This document shows, in pieces, positions 24,253 to 35,560 of a stretch of DNA of 64,000 nucleotides. Positions within the stretch are counted from its first letter, which is position 1. Each line of letters opens with the position of its first letter. The stretch is from NCBI GenBank assembly GCA_000708835.1, contig DF237412.1:11247-75246 (forward strand). Reading direction: 5' to 3'. This stretch comes from Klebsormidium nitens (taxonomy: Eukaryota; Plantae; Klebsormidiophyceae). The translations under genes and the position numbers were made by a program. Under the pieces are notes generated by a model. That model made no database searches, had not been told where the DNA came from, and saw only the letters and a list, made by a program, of their open reading frames with translations.

Positions 24253-26133
24253 CACGTCGAACATAAATTTGGCGACAGCTAACCACAACGCCCCACAAAG
24301 CATGTCGCCAGAATAACAAGCACGTCTCGACGCGAAGTCGAGCATCTACGCCGCTCCGCGCGCCAGTCTGCCATAAGTCTGACAATTTATATGGGAGGTA
24401 TTCTCTTCTTTCCTGTACGTTTTATCGTCGAATGTCGGCCAATCGAGCAAGGTCGAAGCGCCTCGATCGCCAGGGCCGCGTCGCGGCGTCGTACAGTGCC
24501 GAAATCGGCGTCCCCTATGTCTCCCCTCTTCCGGAGGAAGAGGCAAGCCAATATACCTAGAACTTGAAGGGACTCGGGGAGTGCTTGAATTCTCACAAAA
24601 GACAAGGATGCCTCTGGCGCCAAGTAGGTACGTCCACAGCATGGATCCAGACAAAACAAGTCATGTACGACAGGTGCTGAATACCAGCCTGCTGCATGGG
24701 TGATCAAGAGCTACGTACCTAGCTAGCTCTGACCACTGGCACCAACTTATGCAAACTTTTCCAACGGCAGGGATGAGGTTATCAGTCGAGTAAGACAACC
24801 GCAGAACCTTAGCATTTACACACGGGCCTGCTGAGACCAAACACTCGCAGCTGCTGGCAGGGACGGATTGCACTTACGCCTGGAAGCAACGCAACCCAGG
24901 ACGTAGCTGTGACTGCCTGCCATTGTTCACCAGCAATGCAGTCTTCCTGCAATCCTCTACATGTAGCTGTGTAGTTGATTGCTTGGTAAGAAGTCTGACA
25001 GCGGGCCTCCAGATTAGTCCCAGCTGAGGTCTGCTTCCACAACGCAATTTCAGCTCAACTGGTCGCTGTGTGCAGAGGAGACGTGAGTTTTCCTATGACC
25101 CCATTCTCTGCTCGGGCCACAGAGTTGAACTTACTCTTTCAACTAGGAACCCAAAAGTCCATTTGTGAACCAAGAGGAGGCGGGGCAGTCTACCAAAACT
25201 GCTACAGCAGTGTGCAGAGCTCCAATCGCTGCTGCAAGGGTAAGACCTTTTACATGGATCTGCTATATCAGTTCTGCTAGATCTGCTTTCAAGAAGCAGT
25301 GCATGCATGCATTACGTCATTTATCAATGCAAACTGGCAAAGTGGGCATGCTCCCAGTTCCAGAAGGTCCGTAGACAATCTCAGTCAAATTTCAGAAAGC
25401 CTCGAGAGATGGGATGGATGCAGACTGTCACCAAAGGTTTCAGAAGTCTTGTGACCAGATTGGATGTTCAAATGTGAAGGAATGCTTGGGATCTACCATT
25501 CATGGGATTGCAGTCATGGTCGAATTGGACTCTCAGCATTGCGTTCCATCTGCCAAGGAGTTAGGACCGCCAGTTACTCCCATAATAGGTGTACAGTTGC
25601 CTTCAACGTGCTTAGGACTCATATGCATTGCGGTTGAACATCCAATAACAAACATGTAGACCTGGAAGGTTTGTGGCACCCTACTCCTTCAAGGCAGCTC
25701 ATATGACCACATTCAAAGATGAGATCTAGTTAATGTCCTTATGCATAGAGTTGCGCTCAGTCTGCTCCCAGCTGCAACCAGCTTCTTCTCATAAGCATCT
25801 TCTTGTTTAGTCACAAATGGCCTCAGCATTCAAGCTACTCACAAGCGCAGCCGCGCAGAATGCAGTCTTTTCCACTCCTTTCCGGGGCACTCCCCCGTAT
25901 CTATCAGGCTTCTTCTCACCTTGTCACCGTCAGCATACAGTCTACTCATGAGCTCATGTGCCAACGGTTGGGCGTAATCTAGCCTTTTCCTCTCCTTCCA
26001 GGGGCACTCCCCCGCTTGAGTTCACGCACAACTGCTGCAACTGAGAAGCTCTTGGGTGTTCTGCAATCCAGGCTGTCACTAAGCAAGCAGTGACAGTTCA
26101 AAACAGCATTTGTGCTTGGAAATAGCTTCCATC

Positions 26134-29100
26134 ATGCCGATGACAAGCAGTTCCTCTGGCAGCTCAACAGAGTCTTGGGACTTTTCAACCACTAGCAGTG
26201 AGGACCTTGAGGACCTGCAGCTGGTTGTAGAGCCAGACGTGCTCGATCGCTGCGGGAAGAGGATCAAGTGCGCCTTCTTCTCACACAGTCTGCAGGTAGG
26301 AAATACATTGAGTGTGAATATCAATGTCTCCTCTGCTCGCTGTGTGTGTGGCTGCAAGTCTTAAGCAGGGCAACAGTTGGTCCACTTGTATGCAGGCAGA
26401 TCTATCTCTGTTATCATGTTGGACAAGGGTTGCTTATGATGTTTGGACCGACAGGCGGACTGTCAAGCTGTAGACAAAGTGTGTTGGAAGTCGAGGGCAC
26501 GCTTTTGAAAAAGCTGTCTTAAGATCTCGGTAGAATAATTGTCAATGCGTCAGTTATGACAGGGTGCAGAAGCCGTTTGAATTCCTCTAATCATCAAGTG
26601 CTTAAACTGCTCAGGTTAACTGTTGTTAAGGGCTCAAGGGCAGCTGTCCAAAGTTTTCCTTTCAGATCCGAAGGACTTTCTGCAAGGGGAAAAGAGAGAC
26701 GCATTGGAAGATCCCTGCTCAGTCCAGTGGCTCTGCCTGAGAAAAAGTGTCTTGCAAGTGATTCTGCAAACTCACCTATCCACTGTGTGCTGCAGCGAAA
26801 CGGCGCGAATGTATACCTGCTGCACCTATGTAGCTGGCTGATTGACGAATTTGAGGTGGACCTGGTTTCACCCAAGGTGGGAACTTTCACCACTCAACCT
26901 CTTAAGAACGCCGTCCAGACAAGGAGCACTTCATAAAGCCTCTTTCCGAAGGTTTGGAGAGGGGTTCGTTGAGACAAAGTAACTGGACAATCTAAAGTAC
27001 AGAAGACTTGAACACATCTTGAACATGTCTGCAGAAGACTTGAACACGTCTTACATGTCTGCTGGAGGTCGCATTTATCACTGGCCTACGCCCTTGTCAA
27101 CAACGGCCCTGAATATTTGAAGGCAACTTGAGAGAACAGAAGCCTTCTGAATATGAATCGTTCTTATTTTGCACAGTCCGCAGAAAGTCAAAAGTCACTG
27201 CGAAGATGACACGCAAGCTCAAGCTATTCGAAGAATCATAACGCTGAAAGCGTACATGACCATGTCTCTCTGGCACACGTGTAGTGTACCTCAGCGTTCG
27301 ATGGTAGACGACCAGATTTTCATGGCATCACACGTGCCACCTCCAGACTTCACTGCAGATGCTCTGCTTCACTTTGCAGGATGGACCTATGCGGGCTGAC
27401 TTCGAGGCGCTTGGCGTGAATTGCAGTGCCATCAGCCCTTCCAAGGAGAATCACCGAGAAAGGCAACTCCTGAAGCAGGTGCAATGCTGCTTCGACCCCA
27501 CCATTCCCCCTGTCACTGATGCAGCAAATGCAACTCAATTTTGCTATACCGATTGACTCTAGATCAAGCTTAGATGTGGTTGCGCACAGTCCAGGCACAA
27601 GCCAGAACGGAACTTTCTCACCTGCCGCCCATGCTGCGGCACTGTCAGATGTGCAGTGGCACGTGTGATCCGTGTTACTCTGAAAGGCCTGAGACTTCGC
27701 GCTCATCCTCGGACATCGCACGAGGTGTTCGTCCGTCTCTTGGATGCTCTGGCCAGCAAGCTTAAATTGCGAAGCTTCACCTTTTCAGCAGAAAGATAGC
27801 TGGAAGCGACCGTAGTTGATGCAGTCGTTAGAAAAGCAAAGCTTTACTGCCTGAGGGAAAGGGCTCGGGATAAAAGGGCTTGGGATTGTGCTGGCATTGC
27901 TTCATGTTGCAAAAGAATAGTCGCAGACTTCCATCTTGTGATATGGAACTCAAAAGATGGTTTTTGGCTGTTAGGCTGGTCACTTTAGGTTTTTTTCCTT
28001 CGAGGTTCTTCTGGACCTTTTCAAAGACCATTGTTTTTGAAGCTTGCCCTACTTCGACCGTTGTGAACATGCCTGCCGTTCCAGAATAAACCGAGGACCG
28101 TTGTATCAGTTGATCTGACAGTTCAGCTTGCCGTGCACTGTCTAGGCAGCTTTTTGTCGGGTCCGCTTGATGAATGCTGTTACTTTCTCACAGCCGCTGC
28201 AGACTGTGACTTTGTAAGCTGCTCCAAAATGACTCTGTTTCCTCTTCATTCATAGTGATGTTCATGCTCATGGAAACATATACTTTGAACTCTTTCACCT
28301 CTCGTAAGACGTTGAAGGTTGGAATATATCAGTGACACTGGAATTCGCACCAACCAATCTACGTTGATCTGCAAATATAGGCGCAGTACACTTTTGTCCT
28401 CTGCAACACCATCATGCGCGCGGAGGTGGCGGTCATTGCTGAGGAGATGGGCACCCCGTGCGTGTGGGTAGTGCACGAGGCGTGGCCGCAGGACCAGTTC
28501 GAGTACTACGCAAAGGAAGTCTTCCTCATGGATCACGTGAGTCGATCAAGCTCGTGCTCTGGGGCCTTCTTTGACGTTCCTGTCCCAAGCCCTTTGGTAG
28601 GAAAGAGGGACGCCGTGTTTAGTAGTGTGGTAAAGTCTGTATTCTCTTGTACTCTTACACTGCTGACATATCTGACCTTTTTGTCTTTCCTGTTGCTACT
28701 GCGTGCTGCAGATCGACTCCGCCCTGCTGCACAGAGCTTTCAGTCTCTGCACTCGCATCATCTTCCCTGCCAATGTTCAAAAGGAGCTGTACGCGGGTCT
28801 GTACAAGGACGGGGCTGCCCTATGCATCTACAATGGTGAGAGCAGTGTACCCTTGCTTTTACCGCTTCGCTTGGCAGTCAAAACGTATCGACTAGTGACG
28901 GATTGGTACGCCGCGCCAAAAGCATTGAATTGATTCGTCATTTGCGTACTGGAAAGTCAATTTGCTGCCTGGGAAGCGCCCCCTGTTCTCCCTTCATTTG
29001 AAGTTTACTCAGAGCTTGATCCTCCTCGGTTTCGATCTGTTACAGCTGGTATCAATCGTCGCGTATCAGCCCCGCTTTGAGTCCGTTGCAGCAGCATCAC

Positions 29101-32100
29101 CGTCCCCCTTCAACCTGATTACATCTCAGCTAGCCCCGCTAAACTCTCTGATCCGGTAATTCCTCACAGGGGAGGCTTCCTATAACATATTGGATTCTGT
29201 TAGAGTTGCTCTTTCGTTGATTGTCTTCCCCGCGTTGCGCTTCCGCGTTGCGCTTCTACTAGATTCTCGGTTTCATTTCCTTCCTCCACTATAACCCCAA
29301 TCTTCTGACTGTCCGAGGTTCTTCCATCGCGCTAGGTGGATATATTCGTGTACCTGGCGCTCTGACTTACGCCTGGCCCACCCCTCTCTTTCCGTTCCCA
29401 ACGGAAAGCATGTCCGCCGCAAGCCTGGCAATCACTTTATTACCATAGACTAATCTCTGTGTGTCTGCGCCTGACTCACAGGTATCCCATTGGACGCCAT
29501 TGACGAGTTCGTGAAGAGCAACACCCGGGAAGAGGTTCGCTACGCAATGGGATACGAACCAGACGACTTTCTCATCGTGCAGGTGGGTCTCGTTGAAAGG
29601 CAGGATGAAAGTTCTGAATGCGGCTTCATGCCTTGGCAATTGGAAAGGATGTAAGCATCATCATCGGGAGTATATGTCACAAGTTTTAATGGAAGGCCGC
29701 GCTGATAGAACCAAGGTCGTGCTGTTGATGACGGCAGCAGGTCACGTTTTGAACCCTTAGCACGGTGCGACAACCTTCTGGACCTTAAAGACCTCTCTAT
29801 CTATTCTACGTGGTTTGTCCTGTAGCAATCGAGCGGTTTGGAAACCAGCTTCACATTGCGTTATGGTGCCCTCTCGACAGGTTGGCACCGTGTGCAACCG
29901 CAAAGGTCAGCTGTACTCCGCTAAGGCCTTCGTCAAACTGGTCGAGGCGGGGGCGCATCCCAACGCCAAGTTGCTCATGGTCGGCGCACGCTACATCCGC
30001 GATCACGAGATCAAGTACATCGACGAAATCAACGCTGTGGTCGCCAAAGCGGGTCTGCAAGACAGGGTCAAGATTTTAGACTGCCAGGATGATGTCTTCC
30101 CGGTAAGGCTTCTTGGTGAATCTATGCGCGTCATTCAAAGTGGCCTGCTGAGGCGAAATGACGAGTCTGGCCATGAATCAATTTCAGATAGCTACTGACC
30201 ATCACAAAGGGTCAATGCGTTTGCGGCCTGCATTTGTAAGTCGAGTTGCGGACACGGAGAAGGTCCTTACTCTGACCAGGAATGGATCGTTGTTGAGAAA
30301 ACCCAGTTTGATCAAGCTTCCCATAGAATGTGTTTCTCTTTCTTCTTTCTTGAACCTTAAAGAGACGCTGCTTCTCAGGCTCGCTCTTTGTCTTGGCTAA
30401 GTTGCGTCTTTATCACGTATCAAGCGACAGGCTAGATAAGTGCAGCAGAATCCCCATGCCTTTATCGTCGAAGTACACGTGTTTGGAGGGATTCAGAAGG
30501 GTACTATTTTGGGTCAGCTCTCTTTGCCCTGTAGGATTTTGCGGCCGATCGACGTCAAGCTCTGCAATCTCGGCGTCTGGCCAAAGCTGAAAGTGCTCAC
30601 ACTGTTCTTTTGTGCTTTTTTCAGTTCTACCTGGCAGCGGACGTGGTGCTTCAACCGTCTCTCAACGAGGTTCTGCCGCTATGCATCTGCGAGGCGATGG
30701 CCTTCGAGCGACCGGTTATCGCCACCAGAATCGATGGCATCCCCGAGGCTCTTGATCACCACAGAGAGGGGTTGCTGATCCCGCCCGCTGATGAGGTACA
30801 TTGCCCCTTATCTGCTGCCACGTGTCGGCGCCGTGACTGGAACCGGTGCGACCACAGGCGATGTGCGTGTGTTTAATTATGGACGTACCCAAGGTTTCCA
30901 GGCGAAGCTGCTTGTCAATAAGCGGATGCACCGATGCAGTGGCGCTGTCGTGTTACAGCTCCTCTCTTTGCCGCATTTTGTATGGATTTTCGCTTCTTTC
31001 GTTGAGCCCTTTCTGATTTCCTGCCCAGAAGGGTCCGCCTATATCTCCCCGGAATGAGTACGCATGTCATCCACAGTCGGTGCGCTACTCTGACTTCTGA
31101 GAATGTCTTGGATTGTGCTGACGGCATGTCCTTCACTGTATGACGTCACAGGTCGCCCTCAAACTGGCCATAAAGTCTCTAGTGGACAACGAGGATGAGC
31201 GCGTGAGGCTGGGTGTCAACGGGCGGAAGAGGGTGCAAGAGCAATTCAGCTACCGCAACATGATCAACCAGGTAAGAGTGCTAGAGAGTCAGGACTGATG
31301 TTTTTGGCAAGAAAAAGTTATTTGATCAGCATACAAGGTGGCATGCGAGGAAAACCTACTTTAAATCGCCGTTCAGTAGGCAGAGTGCATAATCAAGAGG
31401 CCCAGCTTCCACCTGCTCTCAAGTGATCCAGAAGGTAGTCGCCACATTTTGGCACCCGCGTGCAGATCAAGCACGCCATTCTCTAGTGGTAACTGCCTGT
31501 TGTTCGTCCTGACAATTTCCGCCAAGAGGTGCCTCCTTCGCCGCGTGTATGATGCGTTTATTCCGCTCTATTCGCGCTTATTTCTTTTGCTTCTCCACTG
31601 GTGGCCACAGTACAAGGACTTCATCAACAACATCGTGGAGAACGATGTTCGAGTACAGACGCCCGTCCGCACGCCGAGCACGACACGCGGATTCAAGCAG
31701 TGGGAGGATACCGTTACAGGTGAGCTTTCGTCGCCAGTCTTTTGAGCATGACTGAGCTCGTACTTAAGTGCAAGTTTGTCCTGGACGGGTGTTCAGATGC
31801 CCCTCAGTAATCCGCGATGTCTGCGGCAGCTACAGTTCCAAACCGGTGGAGCAGCACTTAGAACAGACGGACTGGTCCATTCCAAGCGGTATCCTCCCAT
31901 GACGCTTGATGCCGGTCGGTGTCTCACTATTTTCGCGTAGGATGACGGCAGCTTTGGCCGTAAAGGACCTCCAAATGGCTGCAAGATAGAAAGTGCGGTT
32001 CGTTTAGTTCAGCAAGTTATCTGATGTTTGTCTTGGAACTGTTTTACAGTGTTGGTAGACTTGGACAATACCGTGGTGGACTGGGACAAGGAGTTTACCA

Positions 32101-33670
32101 AGCGGTGGATTGCGGCGGGGAACCCAGCAAGTGATGCAGACGTCATCAAAAAGAGAAAAAGATTCGAGATCGAGCAGAACTTCAATGCGCAGCAGACAGA
32201 ACTGGTCATAAAGGTGCGTATCCAGTTCTTGATCCCGCTCTCACTCGCGACCGACAGTTTCAATTGAATCGGTCATTTGATCCTGTTGGCTGCCTTTGAA
32301 ACGGCTTTTACGAAAAACGGTGACTTCCTTGGTTCTTCCGAAAAGCTAGATTTAGCGCCGACTTTGCTTTGAAAAGGTAAATGCAAGATATACCAGGAAA
32401 CTTGTCGTTGGTCTATCGAGCGTATAGGATAGATTCGGACACCCAATTTTGTCATTTGCTTGTTGTCGATGCATTGAGAGTGCTTAGTAGTCGGGCTGCA
32501 ATGGCCGCAATGGAGGTGGTCAGCGGGACTGATTTGTGGCTCACTCATGTCAAACTAAGCGGCCACATCACTCCGCGAATCTCGCTGACTTTTCTCCTGT
32601 GTTCTCCGTCTGATAGGTCATCGCCCAGCCCGGCTTCTACGCCCAGCTGGAGCCCTTCCCGAAGGCCTTGTGGGCGCTGCAAACGATGCTTCAGGTAGGC
32701 GAAGCACAAGGCTCTACACGCGTTTGACTTATTCAGAACTTGTTGGAAGACTCACCCCTTGGCGTTCTGCGTCAAAGTAGCGCCGAAACGGTACATCTGA
32801 AAGGCCGTTAACGGACACAGGACCGTTTCCGTACGACAGTGGCGCCGAACTAGGCGCGCTCTTTATTGATTCTGGCGATGCATTGGCGCCGCAGAAGCCA
32901 ATGACCCAGAAGCGCCATTCAGGCGTTTTTCGTCGCCGTTCGTCACCCGAGATGCCCACGGTTAATCTTCATCTCCGTGTGCACACCTTTCTGTCAGCAC
33001 TTCGACATTCTTCCTCTGGGCCCCCGGATCATGATCATAAGTAAGATCATCTCTGCGCAGGGTTCGATGCGCTTCGTGTAACCTGAAAGAATCCAAGGCT
33101 TCCGTTCCGACTGAAAGGCGTTTCTTATCGCAATGTCTCGTCCTCTTGCCGACTACGGGGGTTGATATTCACTTTACGGGGGTTGATTTTCAGTGGCTGA
33201 AACGTCGAACAGGCGATATTGTGGACGGAAATATCTCTCGATTGAAAGAGAGAACTTATGAGAACTTCTCCTCCCGCAGTCTGGCATCGACGTGAAGCTG
33301 GTGACTTCCCCGCACCCCTGCTGCCGCGCTCAGTGCACAATCGAGAAATACGAGTGGGTTGCCAAGCACCTAGGGGATGAGTGGTTCAAGCGCCTTATCA
33401 TCACCGCAGATAAGACGGCAGTCCGAGGGGACATTTTGATCGACGACAAGCCTGCCGTCGTTGGGTAAGTGATATGTACAGCTGGCAGGCATGTTTCGTA
33501 CTCTTCATACATGCCAATGGCGCCTTCAACTGCTCGTTTTGGAACAAGTGTCCTGGAACGCTCTGAAAATGCAGGGGTGTTGGTGAGCTTTTTGGATCAA
33601 GTGCGCTGCAATATGGTCTCTCTTTTTTCTGGCATTCTTTCTGACGTACCACTTCTTGCCTTGTTAAGTC

Positions 33671-33709
<39 letters not shown>

Positions 33710-34079
33710 CCGTCGTACTCGCAGCAGCCTTTAAGGTGACTGGTGCGGGTCTGATTGCCTCGAGCTGACGAGATGCTTGCACGGTATTGATCACTTTAAC
33801 GCCACCAAGCGCAAATGATTGAACGAAACTGCCTGTGAACTTCGTCCACTGACTCGCATCTCCACTCGCTATTGTCTATGCGCCTTATGTCCACCTGAGA
33901 CGATGAACCTCTGCGGCGTTTCCACCAGGTCCATGAAGCCGCAGTGGAAGCACGTGCTCTTCAATGCGTCTTACAACGAGAAAGTCACAGGCAAGCCACG
34001 GTTGACTGCTTGGGAGGACTGGGAGCGCGCTGTTCTCCCACCTAGTCACCACAAGATTCGCAGGTCCTTCGGTGCGTGA
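26134..34079 (+). CDS. GT4 (GT-B, group 1) glycosyltransferase fused to a C-terminal 5'(3')-deoxyribonucleotidase-like (NT5C/NT5M) HAD phosphatase; 640 aa, 14 exons
   Basis: Exons 26134-26295, 26796-26876, 27380-27478, 28381-28536, 28712-28835, 29482-29582, 29881-30102, 30625-30795, 31152-31271, 31611-31719, 32050-32213, 32617-32694, 33280-33464, 33929-34079: all GT-AG, in phase, sum 1923 nt. GT4 motifs: FFSHSLQRNGANVY, VWVVHE, NGI, GTVCNRKGQ, E-x7-E (SLNEVLPLCICEAMA). NT5C motifs: VLVDLDNT, GFY..LEPFP, VTSP, EKYEWV, DKT..RGDILIDDKP, WKHVLFNASYN. Confidence 0.9.
33671..33709. repeat. (GCTT)9 microsatellite in intron 13 of the GT4-NT5C gene
   Basis: Direct read: nine GCTT units plus GCT. Confidence 0.97.
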
Positions 34080-35560
34080 TCCGGTCCTGCTTGCGTTGCA
34101 ACGGTTCAAGACAGTAGTCTGAAGTGATTCTTAGGTACTTCGTACAACACTGTTGTGTAGTCCTTTAAGGAAAGGAACATTTTGTTGGGGTGGATGTGTT
34201 GTAATTTTGGCGAAGTGGATGTGTTGTAAGTGCAAGTATGGGGAAGACCACCAGGGCACAGGGGCTTAGCGCAGGATTCAAAGTAGCGGCGTTGCGCAAG
34301 ATTCTTCAGGTACCTGACTGTACAATATTGTCGAGATTGTTTGACCCTTTGAATTCAGAGGGCTCTGTACCATAGCAGTTCTGTAGCAGATTCACAATGT
34401 TGGAAGCAGAGGATGGAGCGACATAGTCGATCTATTGACGTTGCGCAAAGGCGCCTGTACTGTCAAAGCTACTCGTGACTCGTACACACTGATTGAATAT
34501 CGTGACCGAATTGTGGAACTTGCCCTCGGGCCTTGCGCGCAAGTTGGGAGTGCTAGGGGCAGATGCGCTCTTCCTTCGCGGATCATGCAAACGTACCCTC
34601 CAGTAATACATTGTGCAAGTTTTGAGCGAAGCGACTAATTACGTCGGAAAGGGCATCCGCGGAGCAAACGAAGCGCGGCATGCCACATGCAATGCTGTGA
34701 CGTGTGTTACTACATGAACCCGAAAATCTATCTGCATTGCATGCACATAGCATCATGCATCACATTATAGAAGCGACGTACTAAAACATGGGGCTGAATG
34801 GGGTACACAGAAGGTTTGTATCGCATAATTATTGCCGACTCGGATTTTACTATCGAGTTAAAGACCGCGCACGCGTCAAGATATAACGGGCCCCTCAATG
34901 ACTGAGTTACCCTATTGCGCTGTGTATGTTTATGTGCACATGCAGATGAATGGTCATGAATGGGCGTTTACTCTTTTCTTAAGTTAGGTAGTTGATCTGC
35001 TTCGATGTTTTATAGGCGATATATGGTTATCACGACAATTACTACCAGAACTGTATATTTTCAGTCCAACGATTCTATACATGTCATTGGATCACAACTC
35101 TGCGTGCCTAGCCAGCTGCACAAACTCTCACCTAGCCATTCGCGAATTCCTTTTTGCTACACGGGCTGCCTAGTCCGGCCCCATGATGTGTTCTCCAGTT
35201 TATCGTTTGCGTGCACGTTTACTCCTACAACTTAATTGCTACAATCTAGTTGCATGGCATCTATCTTTGTAACCTGCACATTGCAGGACAGCTTCGAATT
35301 TTCAATCTACCTAAACGCCTTCAACTTTGGCAATACTAGATTACTCTAAGAAAGACAAACTTCTAGTCACTGCTACTTCTTTCGAAGCTGCTCCACTAGC
35401 TGCGACTACAATCTTATCTTTCACTAGCTGCCTAGTCCTCCTTGCATCTCCTGAAGATTGAATGTTACACAATTTAAGATCTTTGCGCATGCAATAAATC
35501 GACGAAACCACCGGAAGTGTCAACAAGATGGCCCTTGCACGACGACTGCAGCTCCTGACA

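Noticed and set aside
24387-24560. RRM-like peptide GDADFGTVRRRDAALAIEAL
   Set aside because: Too short, with no RNP2 or supporting exon.
25868-26015. About 30-bp imperfect direct repeat TTTTCC.CTCCTT...GGGGCACTCCCCCG x2
   Set aside because: Only two copies in decayed sequence; not a CRISPR-like array. Other short doublets (27003-27058, 29237-29262, 34189-34228) were rejected likewise.
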